The notes under the pieces are model-generated. The model did no database searches, was not told the origin of the DNA, and saw only the letters and a list, made by a program, of their open reading frames with translations. From assembly GCA_965248435.1 (NCBI GenBank), contig OZ252100.1:5472001-5536000 (forward strand): 64,000 nt of DNA. Direction: 5' to 3'. Source of the DNA: Candidatus Latescibacterota bacterium. Lineage in GTDB: Bacteria; Latescibacterota; UBA2968; GCA-2709665. Positions 10,550 through 20,235 of this stretch are shown in pieces; position 1 is the first letter of the stretch, and every line of letters starts with the position of its first letter. A program made the translations under genes and the position numbers.

Positions 10550-13500
10550 ATGTCTCTAACCAAACAAGCCATCGAAAAAAACCGCGTCACCGCGGCCGCC
10601 CTCCTCGTCGTCGTCTTAGCCGGGATCAGCTCCTTTCAAAGCATGCCCCAAAACGAGGACCCGGGCTTCACCATCCGCGTGGCGCAGGTCCTCACCTTTT
10701 TTCCCGGTGCGAGTCCTGATCGCGTCGAACTGCTCGTCTCCGACAAACTCGAGAAGGTCATCCAGGAAATTCCACAGCTCGACTTCGTCACCAGCACCTC
10801 CCGGGACGGGGTGTCGATCGTATTGGTCAACATCCTGGAAAGCGAGCGAGAAATGCGTCCCATCTGGGACGATCTCCGGCGCAAGGTCGAGCGCGGAAGC
10901 CGGGAATTACCCGACGGCGTCATCGGACCCTTCGTCAACGACGAGTTCGGGGATGTCTTCGGAACGATCGTCTCGCTGACGGGCGAGGACTACACCTACG
11001 CAGAGCTGAAGGAAGTCGCCGACCAGGTTCGCAACGTCCTGCTCGAGATCTCGGACGCCGCCAAGGTCGAAATCAAGGGGATCCAGGATGAGCGGATTTT
11101 CGTTCAGTACAACAACGCGCGTCTGGCCGATCTGGAATTGTCCGCATTCCAGCTGAAGAACATTCTCTCCGCCCAGAACATCCTTCTCCCCGGCGGCGAC
11201 ATCAACACCGGCAAAGAGCGAATCATCCTCGAACCCTCCGGCAATTTCGAATCCGTCGAAGAGCTCCGAAGGACCGTCATCAATCTGCCTGGCCGGAACG
11301 ACCTCGTCTATCTCGAAGACATCGCAGAAGTCTACCGAGGCTACGTCGATCCCCCCACTGAGATCGTTCGTTCTTCTAACACGCCTGCACTCGTTCTTGG
11401 AATCTCGCTTCGGGAGGGCGGGAACCTCATCACGCTCGGCGAAGACGTCCAGCGCACGATCGGAAAACTCCAGGAACGCTACCCGATTGGTCTCGAATTC
11501 GACACCATCTACTTCCAACCTCAGATCGTTGAAAGGAAAGTCGACGAATTCGTCTCCAACCTGATCCAGGCAATGATCATTGTCATGGCCGTCATGCTCC
11601 TCAGCCTTGGCATCCGGACTGGACTGATCGTCTCGTCGCTCATCCCCATGACAATGGTCATGAGCCTGTGGGTCATGACCTTGTTCGACATCGGACTCGA
11701 TCAAATGTCCTTATCCGCGCTGATCATTGCGCTCGGGCTCCTGGTCGATAACGCGATCGTTATGTCCGAGTCCATCCTGGTCAGAATGTCGGAAGGCAAG
11801 GGGGCTGTCGAGTCCGCCGTCGAATCGGCCCAGGAATTGCGGATTCCGCTGCTCACTGCATCACTCACAACATCGGCTGCCTTCCTTCCGATCTACCTTG
11901 CCGAATCGACGGTAGGAGAATACACGGCGCCGTTGTTCCAGGTTGTGAGCATCGCGCTCCTGTGTTCGTGGATCCTCGCGCTTACGCTCATCCCGATGCT
12001 GAGCGTCCAGTTCATGCGTGTCAAGCCCGCTGCGAGTGAAAGCTTCAACACACGAGCTTACACAGTTTATCGCAACTTCCTCCAGAAATGCCTGAGTAAT
12101 CGAATCCTCACCGTCATCGCCACGATCGTCATCTTCTTCGTCGCCATGCAGGGCTTCAGCTTGATCCCCAGCGTCTTCTTCCCGGCCAAGGACCAGGCCA
12201 CCTTCACGGCAGAATTCGAGTTCCCCGTTGGATCGCCGATCGAACGCACCGAAGCGCTGGCAAAGGAGATCGACGCCTTCATCGAACAGGAGCTCATGGC
12301 TGGTCCGGATCGCCCCGAAGGCGTCTCCAACTGGGCGACTTTCATCGGCCAGGGTCCCCCAAAGTTCGCGCTTCCATTCAACTCCAGATCTGCGAGTCCC
12401 GAATACCTCATGATCCTCGCCAACACGACAACCTACGATGTCCTCTTTGATCAGATGGATCGCCTCGAGACCTACGTCAGCGAAAACTTTCCTGATGTCG
12501 ATCCAGACATCCGCAGTCTCCTCAACGGCCCCCCGGTCGCCGATCCAATTGAAATCCGAATCTCCGGTCAGGTGGAAGACCAGGTATTCTCGATCGTTGA
12601 CAACGTTAAAGCCGAACTGGCGAAAGTGGCAGGAACCAAAAACATCAGCGACAACTGGGGGGCTCGAACCAAGAAACTCGCAGTCAAAATCGACCAGCCT
12701 CGTGCCCGTCGCGCGGGACTCACGAGTCAGGACGTTGCCGTCTCTCTGCAGACAGGTCTGAGCGGATTCGAAACCACCCAGTATCGTGAGGAAGACGAAA
12801 TCATCCCAGTCACTCTCCGCTCTGTAGAAGCCGATCGGCGGGATATCGGCAAACTCGAAAGCCTTAACATTTTCTCGCAACGAACGGGCCGGACCGTGCC
12901 CCTCAAGCAGGTGGCAGACATCGAAGTCGTTTGGCAACCCTCCAAGATTCTCCGCCGTGACCGGCTGAAAACCGTCACCGTTGCCTCCGGCCTTCAGCCT
13001 GGTGTGAACGCGATCGCCGTCTTTCAGAGCATTCAGCCATGGCTCGACGCTCAAAGTGAGAACTGGCCCGTCGGTTACAAGTACGAGTTCGGCGGCGAAT
13101 ACGAAGCTTCCGTCGAAGGGAACGAATCGATCGGCGTCAAGGTCCCGGTCGCCGGACTCATCATCGTTCTCCTGCTCGTCGGACAGTTCAACTCATTGAG
13201 GCGCCCGCTGATCATCCTCCTCACCATTCCTCTGGGCCTCATCGGCGTGGTCATCGGCCTCATCGTCGCCCGGTCCTACATGGGCTTCGTCACCTTCCTC
13301 GGCGTCATCGCCCTGGCCGGTATCGTCATCAACAACGCGATCGTGCTGATCGATCGGATCAAGATTGAGATAGATGAGAACGGTCTTGCGCCGGCCCGCG
13401 CCGTGATTGAAGCGGCCCAGCGGAGGCTGCGACCCATCCTGCTTACGACGATGACGACCATCGGAGGCATGTTGCCACTCTGGTACGGCGGCGGTCCCAT

Positions 13501-13624
13501 GTTTGAACCCATGGCCATCGCCATCATCTTTGGACTGTTCTTCGCAACGGGGCTTACGCTGGTAGTCGTTCCGCTCCTGTACTCACTATTTTTCCGTGTG
13601 AGTTTCAAGGATTTCCGGTATTGA
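10550..13624 (+). CDS. RND efflux permease (AcrB/AcrD/AcrF family)
   Basis: 1024 aa; 'ALGLLVDNAIV', 'GIVINNAIVLID', 'RLRPILLTT'. Confidence 0.95.
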   Translation: MSLTKQAIEKNRVTAAALLVVVLAGISSFQSMPQNEDPGFTIRVAQVLTFFPGASPDRVELLVSDKLEKVIQEIPQLDFVTSTSRDGVSIVLVNILESEREMRPIWDDLRRKVERGSRELPDGVIGPFVNDEFGDVFGTIVSLTGEDYTYAELKEVADQVRNVLLEISDAAKVEIKGIQDERIFVQYNNARLADLELSAFQLKNILSAQNILLPGGDINTGKERIILEPSGNFESVEELRRTVINLPGRNDLVYLEDIAEVYRGYVDPPTEIVRSSNTPALVLGISLREGGNLITLGEDVQRTIGKLQERYPIGLEFDTIYFQPQIVERKVDEFVSNLIQAMIIVMAVMLLSLGIRTGLIVSSLIPMTMVMSLWVMTLFDIGLDQMSLSALIIALGLLVDNAIVMSESILVRMSEGKGAVESAVESAQELRIPLLTASLTTSAAFLPIYLAESTVGEYTAPLFQVVSIALLCSWILALTLIPMLSVQFMRVKPAASESFNTRAYTVYRNFLQKCLSNRILTVIATIVIFFVAMQGFSLIPSVFFPAKDQATFTAEFEFPVGSPIERTEALAKEIDAFIEQELMAGPDRPEGVSNWATFIGQGPPKFALPFNSRSASPEYLMILANTTTYDVLFDQMDRLETYVSENFPDVDPDIRSLLNGPPVADPIEIRISGQVEDQVFSIVDNVKAELAKVAGTKNISDNWGARTKKLAVKIDQPRARRAGLTSQDVAVSLQTGLSGFETTQYREEDEIIPVTLRSVEADRRDIGKLESLNIFSQRTGRTVPLKQVADIEVVWQPSKILRRDRLKTVTVASGLQPGVNAIAVFQSIQPWLDAQSENWPVGYKYEFGGEYEASVEGNESIGVKVPVAGLIIVLLLVGQFNSLRRPLIILLTIPLGLIGVVIGLIVARSYMGFVTFLGVIALAGIVINNAIVLIDRIKIEIDENGLAPARAVIEAAQRRLRPILLTTMTTIGGMLPLWYGGGPMFEPMAIAIIFGLFFATGLTLVVVPLLYSLFFRVSFKDFRY

Positions 13625-13740
13625 GGTTACGCACCGAATGCGGGAGTAGGCACGTGGGCGTCATTGCAACACACTCCAGCAATGTATTATGATGAGTTGA
13701 GATCTTCGAGAATTTCGTCCGTCACGAAGGAGGAGACAGA

Positions 13741-14256
13741 ATGAGAACGCTTATCATGCTGGTGCTTTCTGCCCTGTTCGTATCGCCGGCGGTTGCGGAC
13801 GACATGAACATGCCGCCCTACAAAGGCTCCGTTCCGTTCGAACGGCTCAAGGGGCTTGTCGGAAGGTGGGAAGGCTCTGACACGATGAACAAACACGGTG
13901 GAAAGTTCGTCGTAGAATACAAGCTGACCGCCGGCGAGAGTGCGATCATCGAAACCCATTTTCCGGGTACGCCCAAGGAGATGGTCTCGGTGTATCACGA
14001 CGAAGGTGGCAAGTGCGTGATGACCCACTACTGCATGCTTGGAAATCAACCGCGGATGAAGCTACAAACGGCTGGCGAAAAGCAGATGGCTTTCTTGTTG
14101 GTGGACGGCCGCGGGATCAGTTCTGCGACCGAGCCTCACATGCAGGCGGTGACAATATCCTTCGTGGATAAAGATAACCTAACTCAGGAATGGACGATGT
14201 TCGAAGGAGGGAAGGAGAAGGCTAAGAATACCATGAAGTTGACTCGGGTACGCTGA
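13741..14256 (+). CDS. Conserved hypothetical secreted protein
   Basis: AGGAGG RBS, signal peptide, 'LKGLVGRWEG...MTHYCMLGNQPRM' motif. Confidence 0.75.
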   Translation: MRTLIMLVLSALFVSPAVADDMNMPPYKGSVPFERLKGLVGRWEGSDTMNKHGGKFVVEYKLTAGESAIIETHFPGTPKEMVSVYHDEGGKCVMTHYCMLGNQPRMKLQTAGEKQMAFLLVDGRGISSATEPHMQAVTISFVDKDNLTQEWTMFEGGKEKAKNTMKLTRVR

Positions 14257-14264
14257 CCAAGGAG

Positions 14265-17200
14265 TCAACCACACCAGTTCCTTGCGTTCTGAAACATCTT
14301 GAGCCAGGGAGAAGCCTGCAGATCGCGTTTCCAGTCCGATGGCATCCACGCCCACTGCCATTTGAGGAACGTCCTTTCAGGATGCGGCATCATGGCCAGG
14401 TGTCTGCCATCGGGTGAACAAAGCGCGGCAATGCCCGCCGGGGATCCGTTTGGGTTGGAGGGGTAGTTCTCAGCTATGGATCCGGTGTCGTCCACGTATC
14501 GGATGGGGGCGACACTCTGAGCCCTTATCCGGTCGAGGATCGCCGGGTCTGGGAAAAAGGCTCGTCCCTCACCGTGGGCGACCCATACTCCGAGCCGGGA
14601 GTTTTCCATGCCCCGCAGCATCATCGCGGGGCTTTCTTCTATCCTGACCGAAACAAATCTCGATTCGAAACGCCCCGAAGCGTTTTTGATGAACCGGGGC
14701 TGAATGGTATCAGAGACCCCTCTCCACGGAACCCAACCCAGGAGCGCCATCAACTGGCAGCCGTTGCAGACACCGAGGCTAAACGTGTCGGGGCGACAGT
14801 AAAAGGCCTCGAATTGACTCGATAGCCCTGCGTTGAAGCGGATTGTCCCTGACCAACCCTTTGCTGAATCGAGGACATCCGCGTAGCTGAACCCACCCAC
14901 AAACGCAATCCCCCGGAACCGTTCCAGATCAACTTTCTCGTCCAAGAGGTCAGACATCGTGACGTCCCAGGACTCGAATCCAGCGGCGTGAAATGCCGAT
15001 GCCATTTCCCGGTCGCCATTGCTGCCTTCTTCCCTCAAGATGGCGACCGGCGGTTTGGAGCGGCGATCCAGTATTGAAGGCGCGGTGGGTTCGGGGCTAA
15101 AAGACAGGGAAAACTCGAGTCCCGATCCCTTCCGTAATCTATTGCGTTCCTGATCCACACAACCAGGGTCGGCCTGAAGTCGATCGAGCCGGCTACTGGT
15201 CTCTTCCCACAGATCTCTCAGCTCTCCGACTTCCTCATCGAGAATCGGATTTCCGTTCTGGCTAATCCGCACTCTCCGACCGGTCGAAGTGGTTCCGATC
15301 CGCAGGCAGGGGACGCTTGCCTGCTCGAAGACCTGGCGAACGGCAGATTCGTGGTCTGATGAGACCTCAAGGACCAAACCCAGCTCCTCGGAAAAGAACA
15401 GGGCAAGGCTGTCTGCGGAGGATTCAAAGTCGACGTCGATCCCACAGTTGCCAGCGAATGCCATTTCGAGCAGGGTCGTGATCAGGCCGCCGTCGCTTCG
15501 GTCGTGACCGGAGGCAATCGACTCTGCTGCAATAAGTCGTTGAAGGCAATCAAAACTGCGCTTGAGAAGCTCAGGGTCCTCCAGATCGGGGCAGCCGTCT
15601 CCCAGCTGCCCGAAGACGTGGGCAAGAGCGGAACCGCCAAGCCTCTGCCTTCCCTGGCTCAAATCGATGTAGAGGAGGTGTCCCTGGCCTGGAAGTTTGA
15701 GATCAGGCGTAACGGTTTTCGTGATGTCGGGGGACGTGACGTATGCGGATATGACGAGCTCACCAGGCGCCTTCACAGATTCGTCCCCTCCGTTGCCGTC
15801 AGGGGCAAGTGCGGCCATGGAGAGACTGTCCTTCCCACCATCGATCGCAACGCCGAGTTGAATCAGCGTTTCACTCAAGGCCTTCGCGGCGTCGTAGAGG
15901 GCCGCGCCCTCGCCGGGTAACTTTGCAGCCCACATCCAATTCGCTGAACATTTGACGTCTTCCAACGAGGTCACTTGTGCCCAGGCCAGGTTGGTGAGCG
16001 CCTCCCCGACACTCATCCTTGCCATCGAGGCCGGATCGATCAGGCCGATGACAGGCCGCTCGCCTATAGCCGTTGCTGCGCCGGTTTGGGAAAAATGACT
16101 CTGAGCGATAACCGCCACGTCTGCCACGGTCAACTGCAACGGGCCGGTACATTGCTGTTGGGCAACGAGGCCGGTGACCGAACGGTCGACCTTGTTCGTG
16201 AGGAAGCGTTTAGACCCGACGGAGACCAGACGCAGCACCCTTTCGAGGGCCTCTCTGACCGTAAGCCCCTCCGGGAGTTGAAGCGGACGAAGAACCGGCG
16301 TGACCCTTTGGAGATGGAATGTTTTTTGAGGCATGTCCCCGAGTACGCTGCCCAGATCCAGGTCGACCGGCGTCGCGCCATCACGGTCGTCGTGGAGCAC
16401 GATTTTCCCATCGCCGGTAACGCGCCCCACGATGGCGTAGGGAGCCCCTTCCCGTTTGCAGATGCCCGCGAACAGGTCCGATGTCTCGGGCTTGATAAGG
16501 AGTGCGTCCTGTTCCTGGTATTCCGCTCCCCATATCTCGAGGATGGAGAGTGTCTCGTCGCCCACGGGGATGTCCCGCACCTCGATTATGGCGCCTTGAG
16601 GGTCGACAATCTCCTTCAGGACGTTGCAGTTTCCTCCGGCTCCCTGATCGTGAATGCTGACGATCGGATTCCGGTCACCAAGCTCTATACAGGCCCGAAT
16701 CGCCCGGTTGACCTTCTGCTCCATCTCGGCGTCGCCCCGTTGAACGGCGTTGAAATCGAGCTCGGCGACATTTTCTCCCTGAAACATGCTTGACGCGGCA
16801 CCGCCACCCATCCCGATCCTGTAGGCCGGTCCGCCAAGCTTGATCACGAGCATATCGGGCTCCGGAGCTCCTTTTTTCACGTGGCGAGCATCGATTTGCC
16901 CGATGCCCCCACTGAACATGATGGGCTTGATCCATTCTCTTCGCTCCCCGTTCGGCATCCTCAGGCCGAAAGACCGGGTATACCCCTGAATGACCGGCTC
17001 TCCGAATTTGTTGCCATAGTCGGACGCCCCGTTGCTGGCCTCGATTTCGATCTGCAGGGGTGAAGCCAGATTGGAGGGGTAGATAAACTCGGGGTCTTCC
17101 CACGGCAGGTCGTAATCGGGAATGCGAAGATTTCCTACGCAGTAGGCCGCTGTTCCTCCCACGACAAGCCCCCCTCTCCCCGCTGCGTGCACGTCTCGAA

Positions 17201-18176
17201 TCCTGCCGCCCGTTCCTGTTTCCGCGCCCGGAAAAGGTGCAACAGCGCAGGGGAAATTGTGGGTTTCGGCGGTAAAGATGATATGATATTCGAGGTTAGA
17301 CCGCACATAGGGGCCTGGTCCGCCGGGATCAGTGGGCAAAAGGGTGTCGATTTCGCAGCCCCGGATGGCGCTCGAGTTGTCTCTGAATGCGATCACGCTG
17401 TTGCCTGGATTGCGGCGAAGGGGTGCCTGGACCATGCCGATCAGGTTTTCGGGCACCGGCTGATCATCGATGACAAGCTGTCCCTTGAAGAACCAGTGGC
17501 GGGAATGTTCGCTGTTTGACTGCGCGATGTCGAAACACTCCACGTTTGTGGGATTCCGTGCCATGGTTTCGACAAAGAGATCGGTGTAGTACTCCAGATC
17601 CCACGCGTCAAACGCCAGGCCCATCTCTGTGTTTAGCCGCCTAAGGGCTGCTTTGCCTTGTTGAATCAGAGGCACTTCGCACACCGGATTCGGTTCGACC
17701 CCGGGGTCGAATGACTCCAGGGGTTCCAGATAGGTACACTCGGTCATGCGGTCGTGAACGAGATTGAGAAATTCATCTCTTTGCTTTTCATCAAAAGGGT
17801 TGCTGGATTTGATCAGATAGCGCCTCGATCGCTCGATCCGAGAAATTTTTCCCAGGCCGCACGCTTTGCAGATGGAGGCGGCGTTCGTCGACCATGCCGT
17901 CGTGAAGTTCATTCGGGGACCGACTTCGAGCAGGGTGCCCTTCCCGTCCAGAAGCGAGTTGGAGCCAAACCGATCAGGTGCGAAAGTCTCACTTAGCAGC
18001 CAACGGAGCGCCCTCATTTCATCTTCGCTGAGACCTTCGTAGGCCAACACGTTGAAGCAATATTCCGTCGCAAGGTCGCCTATCTCACCGGAGACGCGGC
18101 GCTTTGCTTTCTCGAGAAGATCCTCTCTCTCCGATGGAGAAAGTGCTGGAGCCCTGAAAAGATGGAATAGGATCAT
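14265..18176 (-). CDS. purL: Phosphoribosylformylglycinamidine synthase, large single-chain form
   Basis: 'QSNSEHSRHWFF', 'AETHNFP', 'HDQGAGG'; glutaminase domain 'GVCNGCQ', 'MMPHPER'. Confidence 0.98.
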   Translation of the reverse strand: MILFHLFRAPALSPSEREDLLEKAKRRVSGEIGDLATEYCFNVLAYEGLSEDEMRALRWLLSETFAPDRFGSNSLLDGKGTLLEVGPRMNFTTAWSTNAASICKACGLGKISRIERSRRYLIKSSNPFDEKQRDEFLNLVHDRMTECTYLEPLESFDPGVEPNPVCEVPLIQQGKAALRRLNTEMGLAFDAWDLEYYTDLFVETMARNPTNVECFDIAQSNSEHSRHWFFKGQLVIDDQPVPENLIGMVQAPLRRNPGNSVIAFRDNSSAIRGCEIDTLLPTDPGGPGPYVRSNLEYHIIFTAETHNFPCAVAPFPGAETGTGGRIRDVHAAGRGGLVVGGTAAYCVGNLRIPDYDLPWEDPEFIYPSNLASPLQIEIEASNGASDYGNKFGEPVIQGYTRSFGLRMPNGERREWIKPIMFSGGIGQIDARHVKKGAPEPDMLVIKLGGPAYRIGMGGGAASSMFQGENVAELDFNAVQRGDAEMEQKVNRAIRACIELGDRNPIVSIHDQGAGGNCNVLKEIVDPQGAIIEVRDIPVGDETLSILEIWGAEYQEQDALLIKPETSDLFAGICKREGAPYAIVGRVTGDGKIVLHDDRDGATPVDLDLGSVLGDMPQKTFHLQRVTPVLRPLQLPEGLTVREALERVLRLVSVGSKRFLTNKVDRSVTGLVAQQQCTGPLQLTVADVAVIAQSHFSQTGAATAIGERPVIGLIDPASMARMSVGEALTNLAWAQVTSLEDVKCSANWMWAAKLPGEGAALYDAAKALSETLIQLGVAIDGGKDSLSMAALAPDGNGGDESVKAPGELVISAYVTSPDITKTVTPDLKLPGQGHLLYIDLSQGRQRLGGSALAHVFGQLGDGCPDLEDPELLKRSFDCLQRLIAAESIASGHDRSDGGLITTLLEMAFAGNCGIDVDFESSADSLALFFSEELGLVLEVSSDHESAVRQVFEQASVPCLRIGTTSTGRRVRISQNGNPILDEEVGELRDLWEETSSRLDRLQADPGCVDQERNRLRKGSGLEFSLSFSPEPTAPSILDRRSKPPVAILREEGSNGDREMASAFHAAGFESWDVTMSDLLDEKVDLERFRGIAFVGGFSYADVLDSAKGWSGTIRFNAGLSSQFEAFYCRPDTFSLGVCNGCQLMALLGWVPWRGVSDTIQPRFIKNASGRFESRFVSVRIEESPAMMLRGMENSRLGVWVAHGEGRAFFPDPAILDRIRAQSVAPIRYVDDTGSIAENYPSNPNGSPAGIAALCSPDGRHLAMMPHPERTFLKWQWAWMPSDWKRDLQASPWLKMFQNARNWCG

Positions 18177-18601
18177 CGTATTATATCGCTCTGATACTGG
18201 CGGTTCCTCTCAGCCGTAGACATGAATGTAGACCTCATTGAAAAACTATCAGTAGCATTACCATTTTGCAAATGTATTAATTTGATCATATGGATAAATT
18301 ATTATTATATATTGTTCTGGTTTTCTCGGTCGACCAGTTAATGCATTTCAGTCCAGAATACGTCTTGCTCAAGAGTCACGGGATTTAGACGGGCTGCGAG
18401 CGTCAAGGCGACCCCGGAAGCGCGACGTTGGTTTGAACTCGCGCAAGCGGTGTGGATTTGGGTAGGGTTAGGGAGGCAAAGTCAGCTATTCTGCAGGCGC
18501 GCGCATTGGATCCAGGCAACAATTTCAGGAGAGTAACCCGGTTTTCTGTAAGCAGTTAGGAAATTGTAAGCATCCAGGGGGGAGGAGTTTCCGGGCACAT
18601 C

Positions 18602-18630
18602 TTGACAACATACATTAATTTTCATAGGTT
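18602..18630 (+). promoter_or_regulatory. sigma70-like promoter (TTGACA-N17-TAGGTT, TATAAT just downstream) with no downstream CDS
   Basis: Direct motif match; followed by a long hairpin and T-tract. Confidence 0.55.
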
Positions 18631-18636
18631 TATAAT

Positions 18637-18711
18637 ACGCGGGGCTCCGTGCCACCTCTGTTTATTTCCTCCCTCCCGATAAATGGAGCAAGTCACGTTG
18701 AGCCCCGTTTT
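18637..18711 (+). ncRNA. Candidate small RNA: long hairpin with a CU-rich loop
   Basis: CGGGGCTC/GAGCCCCG, CGTG/CACG and CTCTGTTTAT/ATAAATGGAG stems; loop TCCTCCCTCCC; ends in TTTT. Confidence 0.45.
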
Positions 18712-18758
18712 ATGTTGACAACATTCTGAATGAGTCTATACATTTGCCCCAGGTTCGT

Positions 18759-18809
18759 AAACGGCCTTCGAAGGTGATTCCCGGGAGGGAGTCTTCGAAG
18801 GCCGTTTTT
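18759..18809. terminator. Long hairpin: bidirectional terminator and/or second small RNA
   Basis: AAACGGCCTTCGAAG...CTTCGAAGGCCGTTT followed by T-run; just past the stop of the convergent 18832..19890 gene. Confidence 0.7.
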
Positions 18810-18831
18810 GGTTCCGGCAAAATAGCTGTTG

Positions 18832-19890
18832 CTAGAACTTGAACGGTTTGTCGTGCACGGATTCATATTCTTGGCGCAGTCGAGCCAGTTTCTCATTCGG
18901 AAGCACGGTCCTCCGATTTAGCCCTCTGGCGTTTTCCGAGAGCTGCTGATGAATTTCTCTAAAGCGGGTGTACCCGTTCTTGATGTTTTCCAGTGTGATG
19001 ATGCCGTCGCCATCTGTATCAAAGAGCGCGTCAACAATCAAACGAATCGTGCGCGTCTCCATGGCATCGTATGTCCGCTGGAGAAGGCTGTGTTCATCCG
19101 CAATTTCGCGAAATCGATATCCGTGGATGTCGGTGAAACCCGTGGTGGCACTATAAACAAACCCGATTCGCTGCCTAAGTTCCTCCTGCATTTCTTGCTC
19201 GCCAAGCTGGTTTTCATTTCGGACGATCGGTCGGAAAACGTAGTTCAGCTCGAGCCCCAGTACCAATCGCGCGGGAAGAGAACCGTCCTCGTAAGCCTGG
19301 ACCTTTTTGATGGCTGTCTGCTTGAAGGCTCCGAGTTCCTCTAAAATGGACTGATAACCCACTTCCTGTATGAATGCGGTTATCCCGCTTTCGATTTGCA
19401 CCTGGTACTGTTCAAGGATGTCGATTGTCTGTTCATTCAGATCGAAGCGGCGTCCTTCGATAAAATAGTAGTCCTGCCTGTCAATTCCGTCCAGTCCGAC
19501 ATCCACGAATTCAATATACGTGGCCTTATAGTATCCCTCTGGCTTTGTTGTGTCAGGTTCGGCAGGAATGCGATAGCGCCGCGTACCCAGCCAATCTCCC
19601 GAATCTATCGTACGGTTGCCGTTGTCAAAGTAGCGAAGCAGATATCCAACGATCCCGGCTCTGACCTCCTGGGAAACGAACGTACTTCCTTCCCTTCTAT
19701 CTCTGTTGATGAGATAAAGTGCGATCTGTCCAAGCGTTTCGTCAATCCCAGCGCTGTTGCTGTACGAAAAAATACCCGATTGAGGGTCAACCTCACACCA
19801 TCCCTCTGTCGGCAAGCACCAGAGAAGAGGTATCAGACAGAGCGTTCTCGCCCAGTGAAGCGCTTGGTTAGATCGAGAAAGATGAATCAT
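18832..19890 (-). CDS. Hypothetical secreted protein with an EF-hand-like DxDGDG motif
   Basis: 352-aa ORF, signal peptide, 'FDTDGDGIIT'. Confidence 0.65.
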   Translation of the reverse strand: MIHLSRSNQALHWARTLCLIPLLWCLPTEGWCEVDPQSGIFSYSNSAGIDETLGQIALYLINRDRREGSTFVSQEVRAGIVGYLLRYFDNGNRTIDSGDWLGTRRYRIPAEPDTTKPEGYYKATYIEFVDVGLDGIDRQDYYFIEGRRFDLNEQTIDILEQYQVQIESGITAFIQEVGYQSILEELGAFKQTAIKKVQAYEDGSLPARLVLGLELNYVFRPIVRNENQLGEQEMQEELRQRIGFVYSATTGFTDIHGYRFREIADEHSLLQRTYDAMETRTIRLIVDALFDTDGDGIITLENIKNGYTRFREIHQQLSENARGLNRRTVLPNEKLARLRQEYESVHDKPFKF

Positions 19891-19940
19891 TCGGACCGCT
19901 TACCTTCCGATAGAGAGATTTCACGCCTTGATTCAATTCA

Positions 19941-19973
19941 AAGGGGCGGGAAACTGCCCCGCCCCTCTTTTTT
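19941..19973. terminator. Intrinsic terminator hairpin
   Basis: AGGGGCGGG-loop-CCCGCCCCT flanked by A/T runs. Confidence 0.65.
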
Positions 19974-20011
19974 GGTAGATGGTTAAGGTACCAGGCCGCT
20001 GGCTTATCGAT

Positions 20012-20161
20012 TCACTTAACCCCTCCGCTACCCAGGTCGGTCCCATCCCCACAGGCTTGCTTTGCGTCGTCCATGAAGCGGCCGATGCGATCTTGGAGGA
20101 TCTGAAGGTCCTGTTCAAATTGGTCCAACTCTTCCACCAGGTCTTCGAATAGATGTTCCAT
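20012..20161 (-). CDS. Small acidic helical protein (49 aa), absent from the ORF track
   Basis: MEHLFEDLVEELDQFEQDLQILQDRIGRFMDDAKQACGDGTDLGSGGVK; AAGGGAG RBS; terminator downstream. Confidence 0.55.
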   Translation of the reverse strand: MEHLFEDLVEELDQFEQDLQILQDRIGRFMDDAKQACGDGTDLGSGGVK

Positions 20162-20235
20162 AACCGTTGCTCCCTTCTACCAAAGGAACGGGGGAGCGGG
20201 GAGGAGCGTTAAAGCAGAAGGTAGGCCAAAGGGAT

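Noticed and set aside
10907-13054. Long antisense ORFs (265 and 397 aa) opposite the RND permease
   Set aside because: Shadow frames from codon bias; no motifs. The same applies to 38411..39487, 43274..44638, 49423..50325 and 59078..60067.
18180-18600. Purine or ZMP riboswitch upstream of purL
   Set aside because: Conserved aptamer motifs not found on the minus strand.
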